A stretch of DNA of 20,322 bases. It comes from a plasmid. The position numbers and the translations under genes are program-made. The first letter of the stretch is position 1; each line of letters opens with the position of its first letter. The DNA lies in sequence record NZ_CP096917.1, one strand, 5' to 3'. Shown one piece after another: positions 1 through 7,104 of this stretch. Below the pieces are notes generated by a model. That model was not told the origin of the DNA, did not search any database, and worked only from the letters and a program-made list of their open reading frames with translations.

Positions 1-22
1 TAAATAAAGAAAGGAGGGCTGG

Positions 23-955
23 GTGAAGAGTCCGAACACATCGCAAGTTCCGGCCAAACTGGACGAGGACATCCAAAGCCGCATCGACAAGGCGAGGAAG
101 TCAGCCAGGGCGCGCAAACGCGAGGAATTGGCGGATCGTCACGCACAGGGCCAATTGGCCCTGTGGCCAGAGAGTGAGCGTGGTATTCCGAACGAGCTTG
201 TCCGGTGCGCCGTATTCTCAGCAAAGAATCGCAAGGAGCGGCGAGAGGTCTACCGAGCGAATGCACCGCTGATCGTGCCGGTTATCGGCGGTGGTGAGGT
301 CGTCTACATTGGCGAGGAACTGCGCCAGGATGACGAGACAGTTTGGATGCAGCTTGTCCACTTGGCCAAGGAGGCCCGATCAGAGAGCGTGAGCTTCACC
401 CCGTACAGCTTTCTGAAGGCGGTCAAATGGCCAATCAAGGGAACCAGCTATACCCGGCTTCTTACCTCTATCCGTCGCTTGGCCACGAGCGGGCTGGAGG
501 TCTACAGCAGCCGTTTCGACAAAGGGGTAAGCACCAAGCTTATTGCCAAGTATGAGTATTCCAAAGGGGCTGATACCCCTTGGAAGGTGCAAGTGTTCAA
601 CAAGGATGACGAGCTACTTTTCCTCTTTGACAAGCTTTACAGTCGATTGGATTGGGAGACGCGCCTCACTCTGCCCGAGGGTGTCTCGACCTGGCTGCAT
701 GGTTTTTTCTCATCCCACCGGGAGCCGTTCGACCACAAGATTGAGACACTGGCCGTGGGCGCGGGCTTGACCTTGGAATCTGAAGAGGATGCCCAGCTCG
801 ATGAAGCAGCGCGTACAGCCAAACGTAAGGCGCGACTGCGCGAGATAAAGCGGATCATCACGAAAGCACTGGAAGCCCTCCAAGAGTCTGGCTTCCTCAA
901 AAGCTTTGAGGTCACTCGTAGCGGCCTCGTCCGGGTGGTTCGGGCGCATCGGTGA
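23..955 (+). CDS. trfA: TrfA-family plasmid replication initiator (GTG start, RBS AAGGAGG)
   Basis: 310 aa. Motifs typical of IncP TrfA are seen (LWPE..R..PNELVRCAVFSAKNRK, VYIGEELRQDDETVWMQLVHLAK, FFSSHREPF). Iteron-type oriV lies immediately downstream. Confidence 0.88.
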   Translation: MKSPNTSQVPAKLDEDIQSRIDKARKSARARKREELADRHAQGQLALWPESERGIPNELVRCAVFSAKNRKERREVYRANAPLIVPVIGGGEVVYIGEELRQDDETVWMQLVHLAKEARSESVSFTPYSFLKAVKWPIKGTSYTRLLTSIRRLATSGLEVYSSRFDKGVSTKLIAKYEYSKGADTPWKVQVFNKDDELLFLFDKLYSRLDWETRLTLPEGVSTWLHGFFSSHREPFDHKIETLAVGAGLTLESEEDAQLDEAARTAKRKARLREIKRIITKALEALQESGFLKSFEVTRSGLVRVVRAHR

Positions 956-961
956 TCGAGT

Positions 962-1168
962 CACTATTGACCTTTGACCCGCGTTTTCGGCGCTGGGCCT
1001 TGGTACGCCGGCATCAAAAGCAAGGACGACCACACGATTTTGCCGCTATTGACGGTCAATAGTTTGGCTTCGTTGGCCAGTTTCCTGACTTGACCCATGA
1101 CCCACGCCCCATTGACCTTTGACACACGCCACTATTGACCTTTGACCCGCGCACTATTGACCTTTGAC
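962..1168 (+). repeat. Iteron cluster (3 full + 1 partial direct copies of CACTATTGACCTTTGAC; 22-bp spacing between the last two)
   Basis: Exact 17-mer repeated. The last two copies are in tandem with 5-bp spacers (CCGCG). Confidence 0.85.
1046..1062. repeat. Inverted pair of iteron half-sites (CTATTGAC G GTCAATAG)
   Basis: Perfect 8-bp arms matching the iteron core, located between iteron 1 and iterons 2-4. Confidence 0.7.
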
Positions 1169-1277
1169 ACACGGCCATGTTTTCCAACATGTTGTTCTAT
1201 ATAGTGTTTTGTCATCTGTCCACAGGCCATAACCGTTTTTAACCCTTTCTTTATTAACCGGTTTTTAACCCGCCGCC

Positions 1278-1286
1278 TGTGGATAA
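1278..1286 (-). promoter_or_regulatory. DnaA box (TTATCCACA)
   Basis: Perfect consensus on the minus strand (plus strand reads TGTGGATAA). A second, degenerate box CTGTCCACA is at 1216-1224 in opposite orientation, flanking the AT-rich segment. Confidence 0.7.
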
Positions 1287-2206
1287 CTTTGGGCGCGGCT
1301 TGGCCGAAAGAAACTGCGCCGCCTCTTGGGGCTTCGCCCCGCCGGCTCCTACGGGCCGCAAGCGGCCCTCCGCCCGCGCTTCGCGCTCCCGCCCGGCATC
1401 CCCAGGGGTTTCGCTTCGCTGCACCCCTCGCGCTACGCGCTCACCCGCAAATCGCGCCCCCCAAAGGGGGGAAGATGGTCCCCCGGTCGCTCAACCACCG
1501 GCAGAGCTGCAAACAAGCATCCTAGATGGGCCACCCTCTCCCATCCCCCCCGCCCCTTCCCGCTGGGAAGGGGAGCGAGTCGCCCTCTGTCGTCAGGGGT
1601 GCAGGCCGCGCGGCGCTTCGCTTGCTTCTCCTGCACCCTGCCGGTGAGCGTGGGGTCGTTCCAAGGGCATCAAGGGTTCGCTTCGCCTCGATCCTCACCC
1701 GTTCGGTGCTCGGGCTTCGCCCTGCGCTCCGCATGCGGCTTCCGGTCGAGCCCTTGACACCCTTTCCACTCCAACAGCCCACCAGACCCGCGCAACGGGC
1801 CGTGGTGCGATTCTTTGGGCCTCGGTGATGGCTTGGGGTGAACGGCCATGATTTACGGCCTTGACGGGCTTCTTATACGGTCGTAACGGTGATTCGGGCT
1901 GCTGTCGCTGGCCTGAGTGGCCTGCCGGTCTGGCCACGGCGGTAACAACAGGTGGCTCAAGCTCTGCGAGTGATTGAGCAGGTCGGCCAGCGGGCGGCCC
2001 ATCGCTTCATCGGCCAACCATGCCCACAGCACAGCGCCGGCCTGATTGCGGGCGACCAGGTGGCCACCCTCGAAATTCCAAACTGCATTCATGTCGTGCC
2101 CTCGATGCTGGGAAAATTCCCACGGCCCAAGGTAGCGTCACGACGCCGACAGCGGATCAGCTCGACCCTTAGGCTGGGCCGACAGCGATAGGCGGATAAA
2201 TATCGC

Positions 2207-2249
2207 TTGCATATCGTATCCGTATTGTGTATCATATCTGTATTAATAC
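2207..2249 (+). promoter_or_regulatory. kfrA promoter (TTGCAT-N17-TATCAT) with flanking inverted repeats
   Basis: -35 TTGCAT at 2207-2212 and -10 TATCAT at 2230-2235. Inverted repeat AGCGATA-N10-TATCGCT at 2184-2207 overlaps the -35. A 10-bp palindrome GTATTAATAC at 2240-2249 sits at the predicted transcription start. Confidence 0.55.
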
Positions 2250-2285
2250 GTTTTACATGGTACAAAATACGAAAGGGGTCTGATA

Positions 2286-3175
2286 TGGCACGAGAAGGCA
2301 TCACATTTGAGCAAGTCGCCGCCGCTGCTGATGCGCTGGTCGGTGAAGGGCAGCAGCCGACTATCCGCGCGATCCGCGAACGTCTAGGCACCGGCAGCCC
2401 CAACACCGTCCACAAGCACCTGACTGCCTGGCGAGAAGCCCGACCGGTGGCGGCCGCCGCTGCGCCGGAACTGCCCCAAGCATTGACGGCTGCCATTGCC
2501 GCCGAGATCGAGCGCGCAGCCGCCCAGGCCCGCGCCGAGATCGAGGGCCGCTTGGTGCAGGCTCAGGGCGAAGCCGCCGAGCTGGCCGCCGCTGGTGAGG
2601 TGATCGAGGCCGAGCGCGATGCCTTGGCCGAGCAGGTTGCAGAACTCACCCGCGAGCGTGACACCCTGGCCGGCAAGGCCGAGCAGCAAGCCGCCGACCT
2701 GGCCGACCAGGCGCAGCGCATCGAGCGCGAGCAACAGGCCGCCGAATCGGCACGGGTGGAGCTGGCCACGGCCCGTCTGAAGATCGAGGCGCAGGCCGAG
2801 CGGCAGACCGAGCAGGCCGAAGAAATCGGGCGCTTGCGCGCGGCACTGGAGGCCAGTCAGCAGGCCCGCACCGCTGCCGAACAGCAAGCCGCTGTCCTGA
2901 CTGCGAAGCTGGAGGGCGTCACGGCTCAACTCACCAACCAGGCAGAGGCCAATGCAGAGGCTCGCAAGCTGGCCGCACAAGAGGCCCACCGCGCAGCCGA
3001 GAGAGTGACGCAAGCCCAGGCCGAGCGGGACGAGGCGCGCAAGGTTGCCGCTGATGCCCGCGAACAGGCCGCCCGCCTCGCTGGCCAGCTCGAAGTCTTC
3101 ACGGCGCAGAAGGACAAGGCAGAAGGCCAACCGACAGCGGCGCCGCAGACCACCAAGGCGAAGAAGCAGGAATGA
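2286..3175 (+). CDS. kfrA: KfrA-like DNA-binding protein with long Ala/Glu/Gln-rich coiled coil
   Basis: Start ATG at 2286 is preceded by RBS GAAAGGGG. The N-terminus (ITFEQVAAAADALVGEGQQPTIRAIRERLGTGSPNTVHKHL) matches the KfrA N-terminal DNA-binding domain. The remainder is an alanine-rich heptad coiled coil. The ORF tracker's 2207 start is an upstream extension. Confidence 0.85.
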
Positions 3176-3430
3176 GCGGATGGCGGGTCAAGGGCCGTAG
3201 GGGTGGCTGGCGCGGCCCGCAGCCGAAGGCGAGGACACGGGCCACCCCGGAGGGCGAAGCGAACCCTTGACGCGACAGGAGCGACCCAAGCCTATTGGCA
3301 AGGGGGAGGTCAAGGGCAACGCCCGCCGTACCTGCCCCCGCTGCCAGTCGGGCAAGTACCGACGCGGGAAGTCCAGAAACCGAAGCGGTTTCTGGTTAAG
3401 CCCGAAGGGCGCGAAGAGCGAAGCGGGAGT

Positions 3431-3466
3431 GCAGAGGGGCGCAGCCCCTCTGCTGGCTCATTTTTT
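3431..3466 (+). terminator. Candidate rho-independent terminator after kfrA
   Basis: 10-bp perfect stem GCAGAGGGGC / GCCCCTCTGC with a 3-nt loop, followed 7 nt later by TTTTTT. Confidence 0.5.
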
Positions 3467-3474
3467 CGACCTGT

Positions 3475-3503
3475 TTGACAGATTCCGTGTCACGGAACAC
3501 AAT
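3475..3503 (+). promoter_or_regulatory. higBA promoter with palindromic operator
   Basis: -35 TTGACA at 3475-3480. 15-bp palindrome TTCCGTGTCACGGAA at 3483-3497. -10-like CACAAT at 3498-3503. The start codon lies only about 7 nt downstream, so the transcript is likely leaderless or has a very short leader. Confidence 0.5.
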
Positions 3504-3509
3504 GTGAAC

Positions 3510-3788
3510 ATGATTCATTCGTTCACTTGTCTCGATACCGAGGCGCTTTTCCGTAGCCAGGTCGTGCCTCGGTTCAAGAACATTGAACGTGTGGCGCGGC
3601 GAAAGCTCTTGCAAATACATGCCGCCACTGAATTGGCCAGCTTGAGGGTTCCACCTGGGAACCAGCTTGAGGCATTAAAGGGCGACCGCCGAGGGCAACA
3701 CAGTATCCGCATCAATGACCAGTGGCGAATCTGCTTCGTATGGCATGACGACGGTGCCCACCAGGTCGAAATTGTGGACTACCACTAG
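3510..3788 (+). CDS. higB: HigB-type toxin (plasmid maintenance system killer protein, RelE/ParE superfamily)
   Basis: 92 aa beginning MIHSF..., with the signature LKGDRRGQHSIRINDQWRICFVW...VEIVDYH typical of HigB. The long upstream ORF extension (3267) is rejected. Confidence 0.85.
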   Translation: MIHSFTCLDTEALFRSQVVPRFKNIERVARRKLLQIHAATELASLRVPPGNQLEALKGDRRGQHSIRINDQWRICFVWHDDGAHQVEIVDYH

Positions 3789-3797
3789 GAGGTAAAC

Positions 3798-4106
3798 ATG
3801 GCTGAACTACTTGACGAAATCCACCCCGGCGAAATCTTGCTGGAGGACTTCATGAAGCCGATGGGAATATCCGCCCGTCAGCTTGCGGCTGACATTGATG
3901 TTTCACCCAGCCGGATCAGTGATCTGGTGCATGGGAATCGTCCGATTACCGCCGACACGGCTTTGCGGCTTGGCTTGTTTTTCAACATGGAACCGCGTTT
4001 CTGGATGAACCTGCAAACCGAGTACGACATGCGCGTTGCGGCCCGTACCGTGCGTGAAAAAATCGCGCCAAGGATTCGTGTTTTCCATCATCACGCTGCT
4101 GCCTGA
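3798..4106 (+). CDS. higA: HigA-type antitoxin (XRE-family HTH)
   Basis: 102 aa. HTH ISARQLAADIDVSPSRISDLVHGNRPIT. RBS GGAGG 8 nt upstream. 9-bp gap after higB. Confidence 0.85.
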   Translation: MAELLDEIHPGEILLEDFMKPMGISARQLAADIDVSPSRISDLVHGNRPITADTALRLGLFFNMEPRFWMNLQTEYDMRVAARTVREKIAPRIRVFHHHAAA

Positions 4107-4214
4107 TTTTACTCTGATACAACAACGGCTAATCGGCAGGGGTGTTCTGTGAAGAGGCACTATTGAAGGGCAAGCCGGAGTGGTAGCCAGGCGCTGGATT
4201 TTGAATATTTGAAC

Positions 4215-4250
4215 GGGGGTCTTTCGCGTGCGAAAGACCCCCGTTTTTAC
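4215..4250. terminator. Bidirectional terminator-like hairpin built on a copy of the dispersed palindrome
   Basis: 28-bp perfect palindrome GGGGGTCTTTCGCGTGCGAAAGACCCCC at 4215-4242, followed by GTTTTTACTTT. Lies between convergent higA and the 90-aa minus-strand gene. Confidence 0.5.
4220..4237. repeat. Dispersed palindrome copy 1 (TCTTTCGCGTGCGAAAGA)
   Basis: Core TTTCGC-GT-GCGAAA. Confidence 0.8.
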
Positions 4251-4271
4251 TTTATTGGAAAACTGAGAAAA

Positions 4272-4291
4272 GACTTTCGCGCGCGAAAGTC
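4272..4291. repeat. Dispersed palindrome copy 2 (GACTTTCGCGCGCGAAAGTC)
   Basis: 20-bp perfect palindrome, 52 bp from copy 1. Confidence 0.8.
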
Positions 4292-4317
4292 GCGCGAGTT
4301 TTTGAGCACCACGATCC

Positions 4318-4590
4318 CTAGGATTGCTCCGATTGAACCGGCTGGGTGATCGCTTGAGGCGTGCCAAGCAAAGACGCCTTGTGCTGCGAAAGGAAAGACT
4401 TGAGCTTTGCCGGCTCGACACCGGATAGGCCAAGATCGACCAGGACTTTGAAAAGATCGTCCTTGGCCTTCGCCAGTTTCTTTGCCTCTTTTTCTTTTTC
4501 TCTAGCCTCGATGGCACGTAGCTTGGCCTGCATCTTTTGAATTTTGTCCTGGAGCTTCTGCTTCTCAGGGAGCGTCGTTTTTTCAGTCAT
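4318..4590 (-). CDS. Small Lys/Glu-rich coiled-coil protein (90 aa), divergent from oriT/trwA. Possible transfer or stability accessory DNA-binding protein.
   Basis: ATG at 4590 with a strong RBS AGGAG. Sequence MTEKTTLPEKQKLQDKIQKMQAKLRAIEAREKEKEAKKLAKAK... The longer ORF start at 4704 lacks an RBS. Confidence 0.6.
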   Translation of the reverse strand: MTEKTTLPEKQKLQDKIQKMQAKLRAIEAREKEKEAKKLAKAKDDLFKVLVDLGLSGVEPAKLKSFLSQHKASLLGTPQAITQPVQSEQS

Positions 4591-4699
4591 GTTGAGAACT
4601 CCTTGTTCTGTACCTCTTAGGATTTTACAGAACAAGTGAGCTTGGCGACAGTGGGGGACTTGGTGAAATCCGTCTTCTGATAGAGGTGGGCGGTGGGCT

Positions 4700-4986
4700 G
4701 TCATCTGGAGAGTTTGAGCTATCTTCGACAGGAGGCGACTCTAGCGGGTTGTCCACCTACGGCGGACGACCCGAAAAGGGAGATACCCCCTTCGGGGGCC
4801 CCAAAAATTTTTCCACACCATACGCAACTAGTAGTTGCATGGCTAAGTCATTGGTAAAAAAGAAGATTTTGTGTAGACAACGGGGCTGTGAGATACTTAA
4901 ATTGCTTTCATCATGAAAGCACAATAGCCGTTATAGATCAACAGGTTATTGCGTTTTTTAACGTAGTCACTATCATTGGAAACATT
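4700..4986. other. oriT: Candidate oriT (MOBF-type) upstream of trwA
   Basis: Lower-GC region between divergent genes. Contains inverted repeat GCTTTCAT C ATGAAAGC at 4904-4920, inverted repeat GCAACTA G TAGTTGC at 4824-4838 and hairpin CCCCC TTCG GGGGG at 4786-4798. ATAGCC / TATAG motifs at 4923-4940 are reminiscent of MOBF nic regions. The nic site is not assignable by eye. Confidence 0.5.
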
Positions 4987-5343
4987 ATGAGTCAGTCATC
5001 TATCCCATGCCGCTTCGATTCGAGCACCGCAGCCTTCCTGAAGGCGGAAGCGGCGCGCGAAGGCGTGTCTCAGTCGGAGTACATCCGGCGCATGGTAAGT
5101 AAGGGACTTTTGGTGCAGTCGCTAGAGGATGCAGTCTCGGAAATTCGCTCAGTTTCTCGGGCATCTGGGAGCGGCATAACCGAAGAAGGTTTCCGATTTT
5201 TGGCAACGAGTGTTCTTGAAGTCAGAAATCTTTTGCGCATAATTTCAGCAAAGAACTTCCCAACTGCTGTGACCGAAGCAAGGAAAGATGCAGAGGACGA
5301 AGTGAAGCGCCTTCTTGGCGATGGGGGTAGCAATGTCGGTTAG
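4987..5343 (+). CDS. TrwA/TraY-like ribbon-helix-helix relaxosome accessory protein
   Basis: 118 aa from ATG 4987. N-terminal RHH-like stretch (CRFDSSTAAFLKAEAAREGVSQSEYIRRMVSKGL). Immediately precedes the coupling protein and relaxase genes. Confidence 0.6.
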   Translation: MSQSSIPCRFDSSTAAFLKAEAAREGVSQSEYIRRMVSKGLLVQSLEDAVSEIRSVSRASGSGITEEGFRFLATSVLEVRNLLRIISAKNFPTAVTEARKDAEDEVKRLLGDGGSNVG

Positions 5344-7093
5344 AAGATCGACCAACACGGAGAACCTTGTACGTGGTGCGGATACTCTTCTGCACCAAGG
5401 GACGATGCTGGCAAAGGCCGCGCTTTGGGCTATCAGCTCAGGTGTTCTTGTTGGCTCTGTGGTGGTTTCAATCGGTGCCTCTCTCGTCACCACAGGCACT
5501 GAAAGGACGTTCGCTTACAAGCACATTGTCGCAAAGACAAAGGTATTTTTTTCACAGGAAAAGCACTTGGTTGATCTTGTCATCAACGGCAAAGAAGTGT
5601 CGCTTCCAGCCGACCAGGCTGCGATTGTCACAAGCGGTATTTTTGAGAAAGTGCGCGCGAGAGTTGCACTCGTCGGATTGTTCGGATTGATGGTTGGTGG
5701 TGCGACCTCTGGAGCCCTCGTTTTGTACTGGAGGCGGCGAGGAAGTAAGCAGGCCGAAGATGAATTTATCCGGGGCACTCGTCTCGTCGAAGGGCAACAG
5801 TTGGCGGGATTGATTCAGGCGGATAACAAAGAGAGCAAGATCACTATTGCGGGAGTGCCAACGCTTGCAGGTGGGGAGATGCTTCATACGATGATTTCGG
5901 GGGCAGTCGGAACCGGTAAATCCGTTTCGATTCTCGAAATTCTGGATAGCGTCAGGGCGCAAGGAAAGCGGGCGATTGTTTACGATCCGACAGGGGAGTT
6001 CACAGAGTATTACTACCGCGAAGGGCGGGATGTGATACTTAATCCGCTAGACGCAAGAAGCCCAAACTGGAACTTGTGGAGAGAGATAAGGAGCGACTTC
6101 GATTACCGTAGTTTTGCGACATCTTTGGTACAGGTAAAAAGCCAGACAGACCCATTTTTTGAACAGTCTGCACGGATCATCGCGGAAGAGCTTTTCAGAA
6201 AACTGGCTCAGATTGGCAGAGCGACGAACCAAGCTGTTTATGATGCAGCGGCCAAGCTGACATTACAGGAGCTTTTCGAGCTTTTGAAGGGAACCAGTGG
6301 GGCAAACTTGATTGATCCGGCTGGCGAGAGAACGGCGCTTTCTGTGCGCTCTGCTTTTCTGAATGCCATGAATGCTTTTCGTTATCTCCACGACGACGGC
6401 GAGGCGTTCTCAATCCGAGAATGGGTAGAAAACGACTCGGCTGATTCATGGCTCTTTATCCCATCTCGCGCTGATTACCATGAAGCGGTCAAACCGCTAA
6501 TCACCCTTTGGCTAGAGATCGCTACACGAGGTGTCATGAATCTGCCGCCGATTCGGGAGTCTCGGTTCTGGCTGGTGGTGGACGAGCTTCCCACCTTGCA
6601 AAAGATCGAGGCGCTGCAAACGCTCGTGACGGTAACCCGCAAGTATGGGATGTCCGGTGTATTCGGGATTCAGTCGGTTTCTCAGATGCGCGAGCTGTAC
6701 GGCAAGGACGGTGCGCAGACTGTTATGGGGATGTGCCAGACCTGGGTTGTGCTCCGTGTGGCGGATTCTGAAACAGCCAAGTACCTCTCCGAGACGCTTG
6801 GCCAAGCCGACATTCAGGAGAAGGATGAGGGCCTTTCCTTCGGCGCGGAATCCAACCGGGACGGGACAAATCTCGTCTCCAAACGGACAGAGCGCGCGAT
6901 TGTGCTGGCCTCGGAGATTCAGCACTTGCCCGACCTGGAGGGCTATATGCGGGTTCCTGGCCCGTATCCCGTGGCGAAGATCAAGCTCCAGTATCGTAAC
7001 CGGGAGAAGATTGCTGCGCCCTTTGTGCCGCGTCAGCAAGGCATGTTTGCGGCAGCGCCGGCCGAAGCCGTCGATGCCGATCCGTTCGCGTAG
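5321..7093 (+). CDS. Type IV coupling protein (TrwB/TraD family)
   Basis: Two N-terminal transmembrane segments. Walker A (GAVGTGKS). TraD/TrwB-like block LVVDELPTLQKI. The start is ambiguous among TTG 5315, ATG 5321 and ATG 5333. It overlaps the end of the trwA-like gene. Confidence 0.85.
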   Translation: MGVAMSVRRSTNTENLVRGADTLLHQGTMLAKAALWAISSGVLVGSVVVSIGASLVTTGTERTFAYKHIVAKTKVFFSQEKHLVDLVINGKEVSLPADQAAIVTSGIFEKVRARVALVGLFGLMVGGATSGALVLYWRRRGSKQAEDEFIRGTRLVEGQQLAGLIQADNKESKITIAGVPTLAGGEMLHTMISGAVGTGKSVSILEILDSVRAQGKRAIVYDPTGEFTEYYYREGRDVILNPLDARSPNWNLWREIRSDFDYRSFATSLVQVKSQTDPFFEQSARIIAEELFRKLAQIGRATNQAVYDAAAKLTLQELFELLKGTSGANLIDPAGERTALSVRSAFLNAMNAFRYLHDDGEAFSIREWVENDSADSWLFIPSRADYHEAVKPLITLWLEIATRGVMNLPPIRESRFWLVVDELPTLQKIEALQTLVTVTRKYGMSGVFGIQSVSQMRELYGKDGAQTVMGMCQTWVVLRVADSETAKYLSETLGQADIQEKDEGLSFGAESNRDGTNLVSKRTERAIVLASEIQHLPDLEGYMRVPGPYPVAKIKLQYRNREKIAAPFVPRQQGMFAAAPAEAVDADPFA

Positions 7094-7104
7094 GGGAAGA
7101 AACG

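Larger units (their letters stand above)
956..1290. other. oriV: oriV: iterons + inverted half-iteron palindrome + AT-rich DUE-like segment + DnaA boxes
   Basis: Direct 17-bp repeats CACTATTGACCTTTGAC at 962-978, 1130-1146 and 1152-1168, plus a partial copy at 1110-1123. Palindrome CTATTGACGGTCAATAG at 1046-1062. AT-rich 1185-1262 with near-repeat AACCGTTTTTAACC / AACCGGTTTTTAACC. Perfect DnaA box (TTATCCACA on the minus strand) at 1278-1286. Confidence 0.85.

Noticed and set aside
1279-1937. Multiple overlapping ORFs (122, 78, 143, 100, 86, 80 aa) in the GC-rich tract after oriV
   Set aside because: Mutually overlapping on both strands. Arg/Pro/Ala-rich, low-complexity translations. No RBS. 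Typical high-GC non-coding artefacts.
1853-2092. Minus-strand 79-aa ORF divergent from kfrA, with a plausible RBS (GAGGG)
   Set aside because: No recognisable domain and a short, Pro/Ser-rich C-terminus. It could be real but cannot be supported. It is flagged here only.
2270-2278. GGGGTCTGA matching the first 9 bp of the Tn3 38-bp terminal IR
   Set aside because: Only 9 bp match. It coincides with the kfrA RBS and no partner IR is seen, so it is taken as coincidence.
2384-3130. 248-aa ORF antisense to kfrA (also 2089-2496 and 2563-3156 antisense ORFs)
   Set aside because: Artefacts of the GCN-rich alanine-coding repeat of kfrA read on the opposite strand (Gly/Leu/Ala-rich).
3267-3509. N-terminal 81-aa extension of the higB ORF (and the 3203-3478 ORF)
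   Set aside because: HigB-family proteins begin at MIHSF... The extension is basic and low-complexity, and the promoter and operator sit inside it.
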